This document shows positions 36,223 to 44,575 of a stretch of DNA of 64,000 nucleotides, in pieces. The position numbers were made by a program, and so were the translations under genes. Numbering within the stretch: position 1 is the first letter of the stretch; every line of letters starts with the position of its first letter. This DNA comes from a virus (taxonomy: Duplodnaviria; Heunggongvirae; Uroviricota; Caudoviricetes): positions 44,894 through 108,893 of the IMG/VR virus record IMGVR_UViG_3300008261_001827. One strand, written 5' to 3'. The notes beneath the pieces were generated by a model. That model ran no database searches. It was given only the letters and a program-made list of their open reading frames with translations, and was not told where the DNA came from.

Positions 36223-36524
36223 TTATAGAACCTTTCATATAGTTTAACAATCTTATGGAGTTCAGGATGTTTGTATATCCACTGACCGGTTGACGGATCA
36301 AAATCTGTCTTAAAGAAATTATCCATTACATTATTACCAGTGTTTATGCTTGGATCCACTTCCAAACACATCTTATCAAATTCAGCATCCGAGATAATTG
36401 CTTCATCTCTAAATTCATACGCGTAGGCGGCGACAGACAGTTTGATCCGCCGCCGCACTTCTTTCTCTACTTTCGACCCCCAGCCAACTGGAGCGTCGTC
36501 AGTAAAGAATTCTTCAAGGTTCAT
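36219..36524 (-). CDS. Hypothetical protein
   Basis: 101-aa ORF. Confidence 0.45.
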   Translation of the reverse strand: MNLEEFFTDDAPVGWGSKVEKEVRRRIKLSVAAYAYEFRDEAIISDAEFDKMCLEVDPSINTGNNVMDNFFKTDFDPSTGQWIYKHPELHKIVKLYERFYK

Positions 36525-36979
36525 TCTTTTACTCCGAATCCAAGTCGCTCTTTTTCACGTTTGCGCCAAGAGCGTTTAATAGCACGAGCATCTTCCAAAG
36601 CATTGTGTAGGATAGCACTCGACTCAGTTGACAACTCACGGTCGATCTGCATAGTCAGTTTCAAAGGCGTATTGATTGCTACGCCTGGACCAGTGATAAG
36701 CGACATACAGAAGTATTTAATATCATCCGGCCAGTCGGCAATAATATGAACATCATCCCATTGGTTAATGAATGCCCAGAGTTTCGTGTGAAACCAAGTC
36801 TTTGCAATCGGATCTTTATTCAGCCAAGGCACGACATTGGCGAACACCCATGAGCCATACTTTTCATCATTCTCTAGTTCTAGAACCTCATAGAACTCTT
36901 GACCATCGTCAGCAACGAGAGCCATCGAGATAAGATCACCACCAAACTCGTTGAATTCGCAATCAATCCAAATATTCAT
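36521..36979 (-). CDS. DEDDh 3'-5' exonuclease (DnaQ/RNase T-like)
   Basis: IWIDCEF (Exo I), ADWPDD, HNALEDA (Exo III with His). Confidence 0.65.
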   Translation of the reverse strand: MNIWIDCEFNEFGGDLISMALVADDGQEFYEVLELENDEKYGSWVFANVVPWLNKDPIAKTWFHTKLWAFINQWDDVHIIADWPDDIKYFCMSLITGPGVAINTPLKLTMQIDRELSTESSAILHNALEDARAIKRSWRKREKERLGFGVKE

Positions 36980-37152
36980 TTATACAATTCTTTATCTTTG
37001 TCAGACCAGCTATGGAGGACACTAAACTGAATTGGCAGAACCTTTTCATATTTCCAATCAGCAGGTTGTTCAAACTTGATCACTGGTTCATTATCTTCTA
37101 GATCATCACCAAGCGATAGACGAGGGTAGCACAAGTATGCAATATAGCTCAT
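36976..37152 (-). CDS. Small hypothetical protein (not in ORF track)
   Basis: 58-aa ORF, ATGA-coupled at both ends. Confidence 0.3.
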   Translation of the reverse strand: MSYIAYLCYPRLSLGDDLEDNEPVIKFEQPADWKYEKVLPIQFSVLHSWSDKDKELYK

Positions 37153-37607
37153 TCTATAGCTCCCTGAACGAACTTTCCATCTTTTACTTTGAGACTGTTT
37201 CTCTTTGGCCGTTCGCCGTTGAACAGGATGCGATTGTATGCTCGGCCTCCGTCGATCGAGATATCACCGATAGTGCGAAAGTCATGGCGATGTTGGCTGT
37301 AATGTAGCTCTCCGTCTACCTCTACCATCGTGAATTCTAGATCCTCAATGCAATCTGCATTAGTGATCATAACTTGGTTTTCACCGTTCATGTATAGAGC
37401 AAAGTAGCGATTACCAAACTCAGGATGAGGAGTTTCACGATAGAAGACATCAGTAGCAAGTGTACCATGATTTAGTGCACTAGTACACACATATGTAATA
37501 GGAACACCGTCTTTTTTCTCGTAAGAAGCAATCACTGCATTAGTGTCGAAGATAGGGTTATGTTTAATGTTCATCACATTTCTTTCCAATAGTGTGTCAG
37601 TCATCAT
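37149..37607 (-). CDS. Hypothetical protein
   Basis: 152-aa ORF. Confidence 0.45.
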   Translation of the reverse strand: MMTDTLLERNVMNIKHNPIFDTNAVIASYEKKDGVPITYVCTSALNHGTLATDVFYRETPHPEFGNRYFALYMNGENQVMITNADCIEDLEFTMVEVDGELHYSQHRHDFRTIGDISIDGGRAYNRILFNGERPKRNSLKVKDGKFVQGAIE

Positions 37608-37885
37608 TCACCTCTATATGCTTTAAAAAACGAGTTGCGGAACGTCTCTGCCCAACTGCGTCCTTCTTTACTGAAAGCAAAGATTAGGCCAACCGGCGCA
37701 CTACACGCTAAAGAAAATCTCAACAAAAGCATAATTGCTTCTATTGTGAAGGGTGGAAGACGCCAGTTTATGAAAGACCCCAATAGGTATATCATTGTAA
37801 CTATACCGATAAAGACACCAGCAAGGCCGCCAGTCACTGTTGCAAATGCGACAAAGTACGATAGGATTCTGATAAACATATTCAT
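37604..37885 (-). CDS. Membrane protein
   Basis: 93 aa with two TM helices. Confidence 0.4.
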   Translation of the reverse strand: MNMFIRILSYFVAFATVTGGLAGVFIGIVTMIYLLGSFINWRLPPFTIEAIMLLLRFSLACSAPVGLIFAFSKEGRSWAETFRNSFFKAYRGE

Positions 37886-38076
37886 TCCTTTGGTGTCTCT
37901 ACTATTTCTACGTTACGCCATTCATGATAGGACTTGCGAGTGTAGTTGTGATCTATCACAGTCGTTTCCCACATCTGTTGCAAAACTGGCGGGTCGCCAG
38001 CAAGCATGCGAATATGCACGGTAGGCGATGATATTGTCCACCCACTAGCAGCATCTATGTCAAATAGGTTGGTCAA
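37882..38076 (-). CDS. Hypothetical protein
   Basis: 64-aa ORF. Confidence 0.4.
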   Translation of the reverse strand: MTNLFDIDAASGWTISSPTVHIRMLAGDPPVLQQMWETTVIDHNYTRKSYHEWRNVEIVETPKE

Positions 38077-38282
38077 CGCTTCCTCAGCTTCTCATAGATA
38101 TTGTACGCGATCGTACCTGGTTTAGAACGATAGACGAAATCCAATATGACGTCTTTTTCTTCTCGAGTCAACTGCTCTTCGGGTTCGTCTTCACTAACAT
38201 ACCAACCTCGTTCCTCTAGTTCGTCGATCAGCTCCTGATCGAGAAACTCTTCGAGACCAACTTCTACTTCAATATAAGCCAT
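38073..38282 (-). CDS. Hypothetical acidic protein
   Basis: 69-aa ORF downstream of a promoter-like motif. Confidence 0.45.
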   Translation of the reverse strand: MAYIEVEVGLEEFLDQELIDELEERGWYVSEDEPEEQLTREEKDVILDFVYRSKPGTIAYNIYEKLRKR

Positions 38283-38310
38283 TCTGTCCTCTTTCGTTCA
38301 TCTCAGATAC

Positions 38311-38340
38311 AATATAATATATGGTTTTCAAAATGTCAAT
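38311..38340 (-). promoter_or_regulatory. Early promoter, divergent family member
   Basis: rc ATTGACATTTTGAAAACCATATATTATATT (TTGACA, 17 nt, TATATT). 29 nt upstream of the 38282 start. Confidence 0.5.
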
Positions 38341-38470
38341 AGAAATCATTCAGTCTGAACGTCTCTTTCTTTTTACACAGTCTCTTCCTTGGTTGCAGTC
38401 AAAGTTGCAACACCCTCGATCCTTTGGAACAACATTAACGAACAGCATGGCAATTAGTGTATGGAATATC

Positions 38471-38689
38471 TTAATCATCTTTGTTTAGCTCCATGACTTT
38501 GTCAATCTTCTTTTCGATATCGTCCAAACGATCCAAGAGTTCATCAAAGAGCTCAGAGATTGTAGGTTCCTGCGGCTTCACTTCTTTGCAGCCGTACCCT
38601 TCTGGACAGATTGCTTTTTCCGGTTTAACCCAGTCTGCCCACATCCATTCACGATTGCATTCCGGGCAAGTGATATTCTTAAAACGCAT
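38471..38689 (-). CDS. Zinc-ribbon protein
   Basis: CPEC...CPEGYGC. 72 aa. Confidence 0.45.
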   Translation of the reverse strand: MRFKNITCPECNREWMWADWVKPEKAICPEGYGCKEVKPQEPTISELFDELLDRLDDIEKKIDKVMELNKDD

Positions 38690-38698
38690 GTCAATCTC

Positions 38699-39721
38699 CT
38701 ATGATTTGACCAGTGTGATTTTTTCTGAAGCACGAGTAATCGCGGTGTACAGCCATCGTTTCCAATCATCTCGAAAACACCACGACTCGTCGTATATCAG
38801 AACATTATTCCATTGCGAACCCTGTGACTTATGACAGGTGATCGCGTAACCAAAGTCGAACTCTTGACTTCCTTTCAGCATCTTCCAGTCAGGTACTGCT
38901 ACGTCGGCGCTGAAAAAGCTCTTATGAACCTTTACCATAACCGGAAGACCTTCGGTGTCGTCTTCTGGATACAGACTCATGTTTAGAAAACTAGTCTTGT
39001 ACTTAGAGTCAAAGACTCGATCGACTGTAAATATGCCGCCGTTAAAGATTGCACGATCACGGTCGTTACGAAGACAGATGAGCTTATCGTTCTTAATCGG
39101 ATACTCATCGTTTATCTTCAGAAGTTTGCGGACTTTGTAGTTCATAGTATCTCTCGTGGCATTTCGCCCTACGAGGATCTGATTCGCATCCAACGCATCG
39201 CTTGAAGATACCTTAGATACGATACGAGACTCTCCATAATCACCGAGGTCTAACTGTGAACCTTCTCTTACTAGAGTGGACAGATAGACGATAGGATTGT
39301 CTCTGGCCTGACGATGGATCTCAGTCAACATAATGTCAGGCTTTGCTTCTGTAAAGAAACCGGCTCCTGAGACTGGAGGAAGCTGTGCAGGATCGCCGAG
39401 GACTAGAACAGGAACACCAAAAGACAGAAGATCCTTTGCGAGTTCTTCGTCAACCATCGAGCACTCGTCAATGATTAACAGCGATGCTTCCTTAAGGGAA
39501 CTCTCTTTGTTGAGTCTCCATGTAATATCACCAGTCTTCTTATCTGGCTCGGCAATGTATATCATACTGTGGATCGTACACGCAAAATGTGTTGCTAGAG
39601 TGGTCTTGCCGGTTCCGGCGTAACCAAAGATGCGAAAGATCTGCTTCTTTTTGGATTCTGTATAGAACCACTTGTCAACCGCTTTCAGCGCGGCTTCTTG
39701 TTGTGGAGACCACATGCTCAC
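38699..39721 (-). CDS. dda: Dda-like SF1B DNA helicase
   Basis: GYAGTGKTT, IIDECSMV, GDPAQLPPV, AITCHKSQGSQW and YTAITRA motifs. 340 aa. Confidence 0.85.
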   Translation of the reverse strand: MSMWSPQQEAALKAVDKWFYTESKKKQIFRIFGYAGTGKTTLATHFACTIHSMIYIAEPDKKTGDITWRLNKESSLKEASLLIIDECSMVDEELAKDLLSFGVPVLVLGDPAQLPPVSGAGFFTEAKPDIMLTEIHRQARDNPIVYLSTLVREGSQLDLGDYGESRIVSKVSSSDALDANQILVGRNATRDTMNYKVRKLLKINDEYPIKNDKLICLRNDRDRAIFNGGIFTVDRVFDSKYKTSFLNMSLYPEDDTEGLPVMVKVHKSFFSADVAVPDWKMLKGSQEFDFGYAITCHKSQGSQWNNVLIYDESWCFRDDWKRWLYTAITRASEKITLVKS

Positions 39722-39804
39722 CTCTTATCAAATGCAATAGGCAAACTTTTGCCTATAGCCCCATTATACCATACATCTAAGAGACTGTAAATAGATAAAT
39801 ATTT

Positions 39805-40023
39805 TTAGGATTGCACGCTTTCATCAGTCCAATTATAGCATGCGTATTTTTTCGGCTCGTATCCTTCGTAGACGATTTGAAACTGCTCGTCTCCAACTAA
39901 ACTTGCGATGGCATCTTCGCATTCTCTTTCTGACTTGAATATTGTTTCGTTTTTAAGTATGAAACAGTTCGTCGAGTTCATAGGAGTGCCGCTCAAACAT
40001 ATCATGATCATTGCTGTAAACAC
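39805..40023 (-). CDS. Small hypothetical protein with hydrophobic N-terminus
   Basis: 72-aa ORF. Confidence 0.35.
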   Translation of the reverse strand: MFTAMIMICLSGTPMNSTNCFILKNETIFKSERECEDAIASLVGDEQFQIVYEGYEPKKYACYNWTDESVQS

Positions 40024-40040
40024 TAGAGGAATCCTTTCAT

Positions 40041-40595
40041 ATGGGAAGATTAATAATCTTATTTATAATGACGATCGTCGCTTCTTGCTCTCCAAGCGAG
40101 TTTGCCGCAAGAATGGAAGAAAAGAAAGCTAAAGAACAGAGCGAGACGGTTGTAACATATGCAAGCAACTATATAGGAATGCACGAGGTAGAGAATAGAA
40201 AGGAACTTAAATCACTAATGGGTGTCGATCCTTCTAGGATCGAGTGGTGCGCAGCCTTTGTGAATTCGGTACTATCTACAAACGGTATGCCAGGTTCCGA
40301 GTCCGTCAGTAGACATCCACTCGTCGCAAAGAGCTTTCTGAAGTGGGGAGAAGAAGTAGAAGACGAACCTAGAGTAGGAGATGTCGTCGTATTTCCTCGA
40401 GGAAGAAGAGCATGGCAGGGTCACGTAGGTTTCTTTGTTACGTCTTATCTAGACGAAGAGGGAAAGCTCTACTACGTAATCCTCGGCGGTAATCAGAACA
40501 ACACTGTTAGCTATAAGGTATATGAAGAAAGGAAGGCGATCTCTGTTCGAAGATGGCCTTCAGATATGAACACTACTGTAATGACAATGAATTAA
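40041..40595 (+). CDS. Lipoprotein with CHAP/NlpC-P60-like (TIGR02594-like) peptidase domain
   Basis: Lipobox VASC. Cys (EWCAAFV) and His (GHVGFFV) catalytic pair. Only plus-strand gene between 10388 and 64000. Confidence 0.55.
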   Translation: MGRLIILFIMTIVASCSPSEFAARMEEKKAKEQSETVVTYASNYIGMHEVENRKELKSLMGVDPSRIEWCAAFVNSVLSTNGMPGSESVSRHPLVAKSFLKWGEEVEDEPRVGDVVVFPRGRRAWQGHVGFFVTSYLDEEGKLYYVILGGNQNNTVSYKVYEERKAISVRRWPSDMNTTVMTMN

Positions 40596-40677
40596 CCTCT
40601 ATCGAGGATACGCTCGCCGATCACAGTGATTATGGTAAGAGCGACGAAGAAGATGAAGCAGCCAACGAAAGTTCCCA

Positions 40678-41034
40678 TTACACGTTCTCCAGTTGGGGAT
40701 AGGCACCTACAGCCACGAACCCGAAGTTATCTACGATATAGCAATCTCCATCCTTGACGAAGATGTCGCCGACGGAAGAACTAGAACCACGAGCGATACG
40801 ACGAACATTGTAACCTTCCCAGAGGTTAGTAGCCTCGAAGGCCACGTTAAGATCGTCGGTATCAACTTCATAAGTCGGACGGTAGAACTGAAGATAATCT
40901 TCAGAAAACTTCGAATGATTGAAGCCGCGCATCATGCGATTCTTGGCAAGGACGGCAGGAACCGCCTCGAAACCTTCGCGGTTAGCACGATTGATTTCTT
41001 CATTCGTCAGGTGGATCTGGTAGATTGTAATCAT
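40678..41034 (-). CDS. Hypothetical protein
   Basis: 118-aa ORF downstream of a family promoter. Confidence 0.5.
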   Translation of the reverse strand: MITIYQIHLTNEEINRANREGFEAVPAVLAKNRMMRGFNHSKFSEDYLQFYRPTYEVDTDDLNVAFEATNLWEGYNVRRIARGSSSSVGDIFVKDGDCYIVDNFGFVAVGAYPQLENV

Positions 41035-41060
41035 GGTGGCCTCCTTGCCTTCCTTACATT

Positions 41061-41093
41061 ATCAATCTACACTGATTCTAAACGAATGTAAAT
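41061..41093 (-). promoter_or_regulatory. Conserved early promoter
   Basis: rc ATTTACATTCGTTTAGAATCAGTGTAGATTGAT. 27 nt upstream of the 41034 start. Confidence 0.6.
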
Positions 41094-41102
41094 AGAAAAA
41101 TG

Positions 41103-41288
41103 TTATGAAAGTGATTTTTTTAGAGTCTCAACTACATTTTCCGGAAGATCACCGGCTTTCAGCGAGTCCTTCATGTAGTCTGTCTCCGGATCGTACCCAA
41201 CGTTATCTACGATCATCTGAGCTCTCTTCTGCTCATATTCTCTCCACTCTTCTGGAGTGATGGTCGGTACAAATTCTATTTCAGCCAT
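41103..41288 (-). CDS. Hypothetical protein
   Basis: 61-aa ORF. Confidence 0.45.
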   Translation of the reverse strand: MAEIEFVPTITPEEWREYEQKRAQMIVDNVGYDPETDYMKDSLKAGDLPENVVETLKKSLS

Positions 41289-41692
41289 GCGATTCTCTTT
41301 CCTTCCCTTAAGCGGCGTTCGTGTTCCTCTTCACTTCCTGGATATCTCCAACTCCATATCACAACCAGAATCATAGACAAAAGCATCCAACCAACTGCTT
41401 GCGCATTGGCTGTCGTAATCCAAAGAACAAGTAGAGAAGACGCCATCGTAACCAACATAAGATACTTAGCCTTTGTAGGAAAGATCTTTTTCTCTTGCCA
41501 GTTACGAAGGAATGGTCCGAACCTATGATGGTTATAGATCCACGCATGCATGCGATCGCTTGACTTTGCAAAGCAGATCGCAGCGAGAACGGTTGGTGTA
41601 CTCCAAGGAATACCAGGAACTATGACACCAATGTATGCCACTGCCAATAGATTGATACCTAATACTAACCAAACTAATTTTCTAAGTTCCAT
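41276..41692 (-). CDS. DUF454 (YbaN-like) inner-membrane protein
   Basis: LAAICFAKSSDRMHAWIYNHHRFGPFLRNW matches the DUF454 core. Start at internal ATG with SD TAGGAG. Confidence 0.55.
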   Translation of the reverse strand: MELRKLVWLVLGINLLAVAYIGVIVPGIPWSTPTVLAAICFAKSSDRMHAWIYNHHRFGPFLRNWQEKKIFPTKAKYLMLVTMASSLLVLWITTANAQAVGWMLLSMILVVIWSWRYPGSEEEHERRLREGKRIAWLK

Positions 41693-41705
41693 GGTACTCC
41701 TAAAA

Positions 41706-41897
41706 CTATTCTCGCTGCTTTTCCATAGCGTATCTAACTCTACAGTATGCACTGTTCCAAAAATCCCAGACTAGGCCGAGGAATAAACCTCCGCCTAGCT
41801 GGTGCCAAAATGTAGGACCGTTCGTTGCTAACAAAAAGCCGCCAATCAAAAGATCGGCTGTCACAACTGCAATAATATAATCATACCAACGAATCAT
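41706..41897 (-). CDS. Small two-TM membrane protein
   Basis: 63-aa ORF. Confidence 0.4.
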   Translation of the reverse strand: MIRWYDYIIAVVTADLLIGGFLLATNGPTFWHQLGGGLFLGLVWDFWNSAYCRVRYAMEKQRE

Positions 41898-42388
41898 AGA
41901 CGGTTCTTAACTTTATAAAATACATGACCGCCGTAGTAACCTACTTTGGTATAATGTTTAGACCAATTAGGTCTTACGTGTTTTGCGTGATAGTGAGTCG
42001 CGTTGGTACCTATAATATCTGCCGTACCGTTAACGAGGGCAGTTGCAATTATTACAGAATTAAACCACATGACTCTATCCCTCGGCATATCTGACTTTCC
42101 GTCACAATACCAAGAGAACTGACACTTTCCGCGAATAGGATTACCACTCTTGTCAACTTTTGATTGGTATACTACTTCGCACACGTTACTAGGAAAAAGT
42201 TTATTGTCTGCACGATTAAGTGTTACTTCTCCTACCATTTGCATCGCGTCTCTTCCCTCACCTCTTGCTTCGTGATACATATTAAGCGCAAGGGCGTGGA
42301 TCTGATCTTCTTTGTCACAAGTAGTTGCATATGCCAAAGAAGTACTTAGAAGTATAGCTAAAGTAAATGTTAGTGTTGATAAACGCAT
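41894..42388 (-). CDS. SleB-family cell wall hydrolase (Hydrolase_2), secreted
   Basis: Signal peptide. ALNMYHEARGE...VTLNRA...QFSWY motifs. Confidence 0.75.
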   Translation of the reverse strand: MRLSTLTFTLAILLSTSLAYATTCDKEDQIHALALNMYHEARGEGRDAMQMVGEVTLNRADNKLFPSNVCEVVYQSKVDKSGNPIRGKCQFSWYCDGKSDMPRDRVMWFNSVIIATALVNGTADIIGTNATHYHAKHVRPNWSKHYTKVGYYGGHVFYKVKNRL

Positions 42389-42417
42389 TGTTCTTTCCGA
42401 TGTTGTTTCCTTTTATT

Positions 42418-42612
42418 TCAAGCCGCCTCGATCGCATCACGTTGCATCTGAATGATCATCTGTAGTTCGATACGATCAGATACTTCTTCATAGTTCTCAG
42501 CAATCTCAATGATTGCTTCGAGAACCTTCTGACGATTATAACCAAAGGAATCTGCGCGGCGAGCCAAACTGCGCATTTTCCGAGCGATCTCTTGGGCGGC
42601 TTGAATGTCCAT
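42418..42612 (-). CDS. Hypothetical protein
   Basis: 64-aa ORF downstream of a family promoter. Confidence 0.45.
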   Translation of the reverse strand: MDIQAAQEIARKMRSLARRADSFGYNRQKVLEAIIEIAENYEEVSDRIELQMIIQMQRDAIEAA

Positions 42613-42638
42613 CTCGTTGTCTCCATCTCTGATACAAT

Positions 42639-42671
42639 ATCAATCTATACTGATTCTAATGAAATGTCAAC
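42639..42671 (-). promoter_or_regulatory. Conserved early promoter (variant spacer)
   Basis: rc GTTGACATTTCATTAGAATCAGTATAGATTGAT. 27 nt upstream of the 42612 start. Confidence 0.6.
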
Positions 42672-42683
42672 AACGAAATGATT

Positions 42684-44339
42684 TTATGCTTCGCAGGCCG
42701 CACACCCTGCTGCCATGACTCTCTTTCTAGTCAACGCCTGAGCAGCCGACATAGAATAGCTGTAATAAAGACTCTTTACTCCCATCTCGTGCGCGTACAG
42801 GTACAGCTGATTAATTTCGCGGACAGACATGTCCGGATCTAACATAAGATTGAGACTCTGTCCCTGATCTATATATTCTTGACGGACAGCAGCATGATCC
42901 ACGATTGTGTATGGATTGATCTCCGAGAATGTCTTGAAGACATCTTTTTCTTCCTGGGTCAAGAAGCTGAGATGCTGAACAGATCCATCGGCAACCTTAA
43001 TCGAGTCCCATACATCGTCGGTATCCTTACCTTTTTCTTGAAGAAGCTTAAGGAGGTACGGGTTCTTAATCGTTACCTTCATCTTTGCGAGATCTTTTAC
43101 GTAGCAGTTCGAGAACTCTGGTTCGATGGATTGGCTTACCTGACCAAGAATGAACGAGCTACTCTTTGTAGGAGCAATCGCCATCGTAGTTGTGTTTCGC
43201 ATTCCGTAACCAACTAGAAGAGGAGCCTCACCAAACTTTTCTGCAAGAACTTTTGACGCTCTGTGGCTTCTTTCACGAAGAGTCTTTGCGATCTCAAGGT
43301 TCTTTTGTGCAGCTTCTTTTGACTCGAACGAAATCATCTTTGACTGAAGATACGAATGCCAACCGAGGATTCCTGCTCCAAGAGCGCGATGGTTGATTGC
43401 GAACCGACGAGCACGCTTTAGGTATTCCTGACCTTCAGTCTTACGAATGAACTCTTCACATACGGTGTCAAGGAAGTAAGTCATTACCTCGATAGCATCC
43501 GTCTTAACAATCTCTTCCCAGTGAAGAACATTGATTGAAGAAAGAACGCAAGTAAATGTTTCGTCTACAGAAGAAGGAAGAGCGATCTCGATACACATGT
43601 TAGACGCATGGATCTTAAGGTTCTTATCCTTATATACTTGAGGTTTGTTCTTGTTTACGTTATCACCGTATAGAACGTAAGGGTAGCCGATCTCAGAACG
43701 ACGCTGAAGAACCTTTGCCCATAGTCTACGCTTTTCTGGATCGCCGCCCTTCATTTTCTGAATGAAATCGTCGGATACGACTACACCAGTTGTTAATCCC
43801 TGAATAGGATTACCTTCCGTTCCAATGTCGAGGAACTCATCTGCATCAGGGTGGTCGAGATCTTGATATGCAGCAAAGAAACCACGACGAACGGAACCTT
43901 GTGATACAACGGAAGCAAGCGAGTCGTAGAGTTGCATAAAGTGTACGGAACCCGAAGACTCACCGGAGTCGCGAATTGGCGCACCGCGATGGCGAACTGC
44001 GCCAAAGTAACCGGATGTTCCACCGCCATTCTTCATGAGCATACCGTTCTCTGCGACGCCAAAGAGTATTGACTCCATGTTATCGTCTATGAAAGAACCG
44101 AAGCAGGATACTGGAAGGCCACGTTCCTTTCCGTAGTTTGCCCAGACTGGTGACGATAGAGAATAGAAACCACGAGCCATGTAATCATAGAACTTGTCTG
44201 CATATCCAGGCATATCAAGATACTTCTCAGCAGTCTCTGCGATCTGTCTAATGCGATCCTCTGCAGTCTCTCCCTCGCTTAGATAACCTCGCGAAAGAAA
44301 TGTTCTAGAATCATCGTTTAGCCAGTAGAATTTTTCCAT
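42684..44339 (-). CDS. nrdA: Ribonucleotide reductase class I alpha subunit, lacking N-terminal ATP-cone
   Basis: 551 aa. Catalytic-core motifs (ASNMCIEIALP, C-terminal AAGCAACEA Cys pair). Begins directly in the core region. Confidence 0.8.
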   Translation of the reverse strand: MEKFYWLNDDSRTFLSRGYLSEGETAEDRIRQIAETAEKYLDMPGYADKFYDYMARGFYSLSSPVWANYGKERGLPVSCFGSFIDDNMESILFGVAENGMLMKNGGGTSGYFGAVRHRGAPIRDSGESSGSVHFMQLYDSLASVVSQGSVRRGFFAAYQDLDHPDADEFLDIGTEGNPIQGLTTGVVVSDDFIQKMKGGDPEKRRLWAKVLQRRSEIGYPYVLYGDNVNKNKPQVYKDKNLKIHASNMCIEIALPSSVDETFTCVLSSINVLHWEEIVKTDAIEVMTYFLDTVCEEFIRKTEGQEYLKRARRFAINHRALGAGILGWHSYLQSKMISFESKEAAQKNLEIAKTLRERSHRASKVLAEKFGEAPLLVGYGMRNTTTMAIAPTKSSSFILGQVSQSIEPEFSNCYVKDLAKMKVTIKNPYLLKLLQEKGKDTDDVWDSIKVADGSVQHLSFLTQEEKDVFKTFSEINPYTIVDHAAVRQEYIDQGQSLNLMLDPDMSVREINQLYLYAHEMGVKSLYYSYSMSAAQALTRKRVMAAGCAACEA

Positions 44340-44561
44340 TTATTGTTTCCTTGTGAAGTATGTTTCGATAATTTCTAGATGGTCGTGATATTTTGACATT
44401 TCCTCGAGCTCGTGCTCGATAGCATCCATGATATCAGAATGTTCACCGATACCGACTGGTTGTGTAAGGTATACCTCAACGTTAATACGATGCTTTTCGA
44501 TATGAGCCTTCGCGTGTTGACGCGTTGCTTCTAACATTAGTTCTCTGAATCTACTGTCCAT
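44340..44561 (-). CDS. Hypothetical protein between nrdB and nrdA
   Basis: 73-aa ORF. Confidence 0.45.
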   Translation of the reverse strand: MDSRFRELMLEATRQHAKAHIEKHRINVEVYLTQPVGIGEHSDIMDAIEHELEEMSKYHDHLEIIETYFTRKQ

Positions 44562-44575
44562 TATATGTTCTCCCT

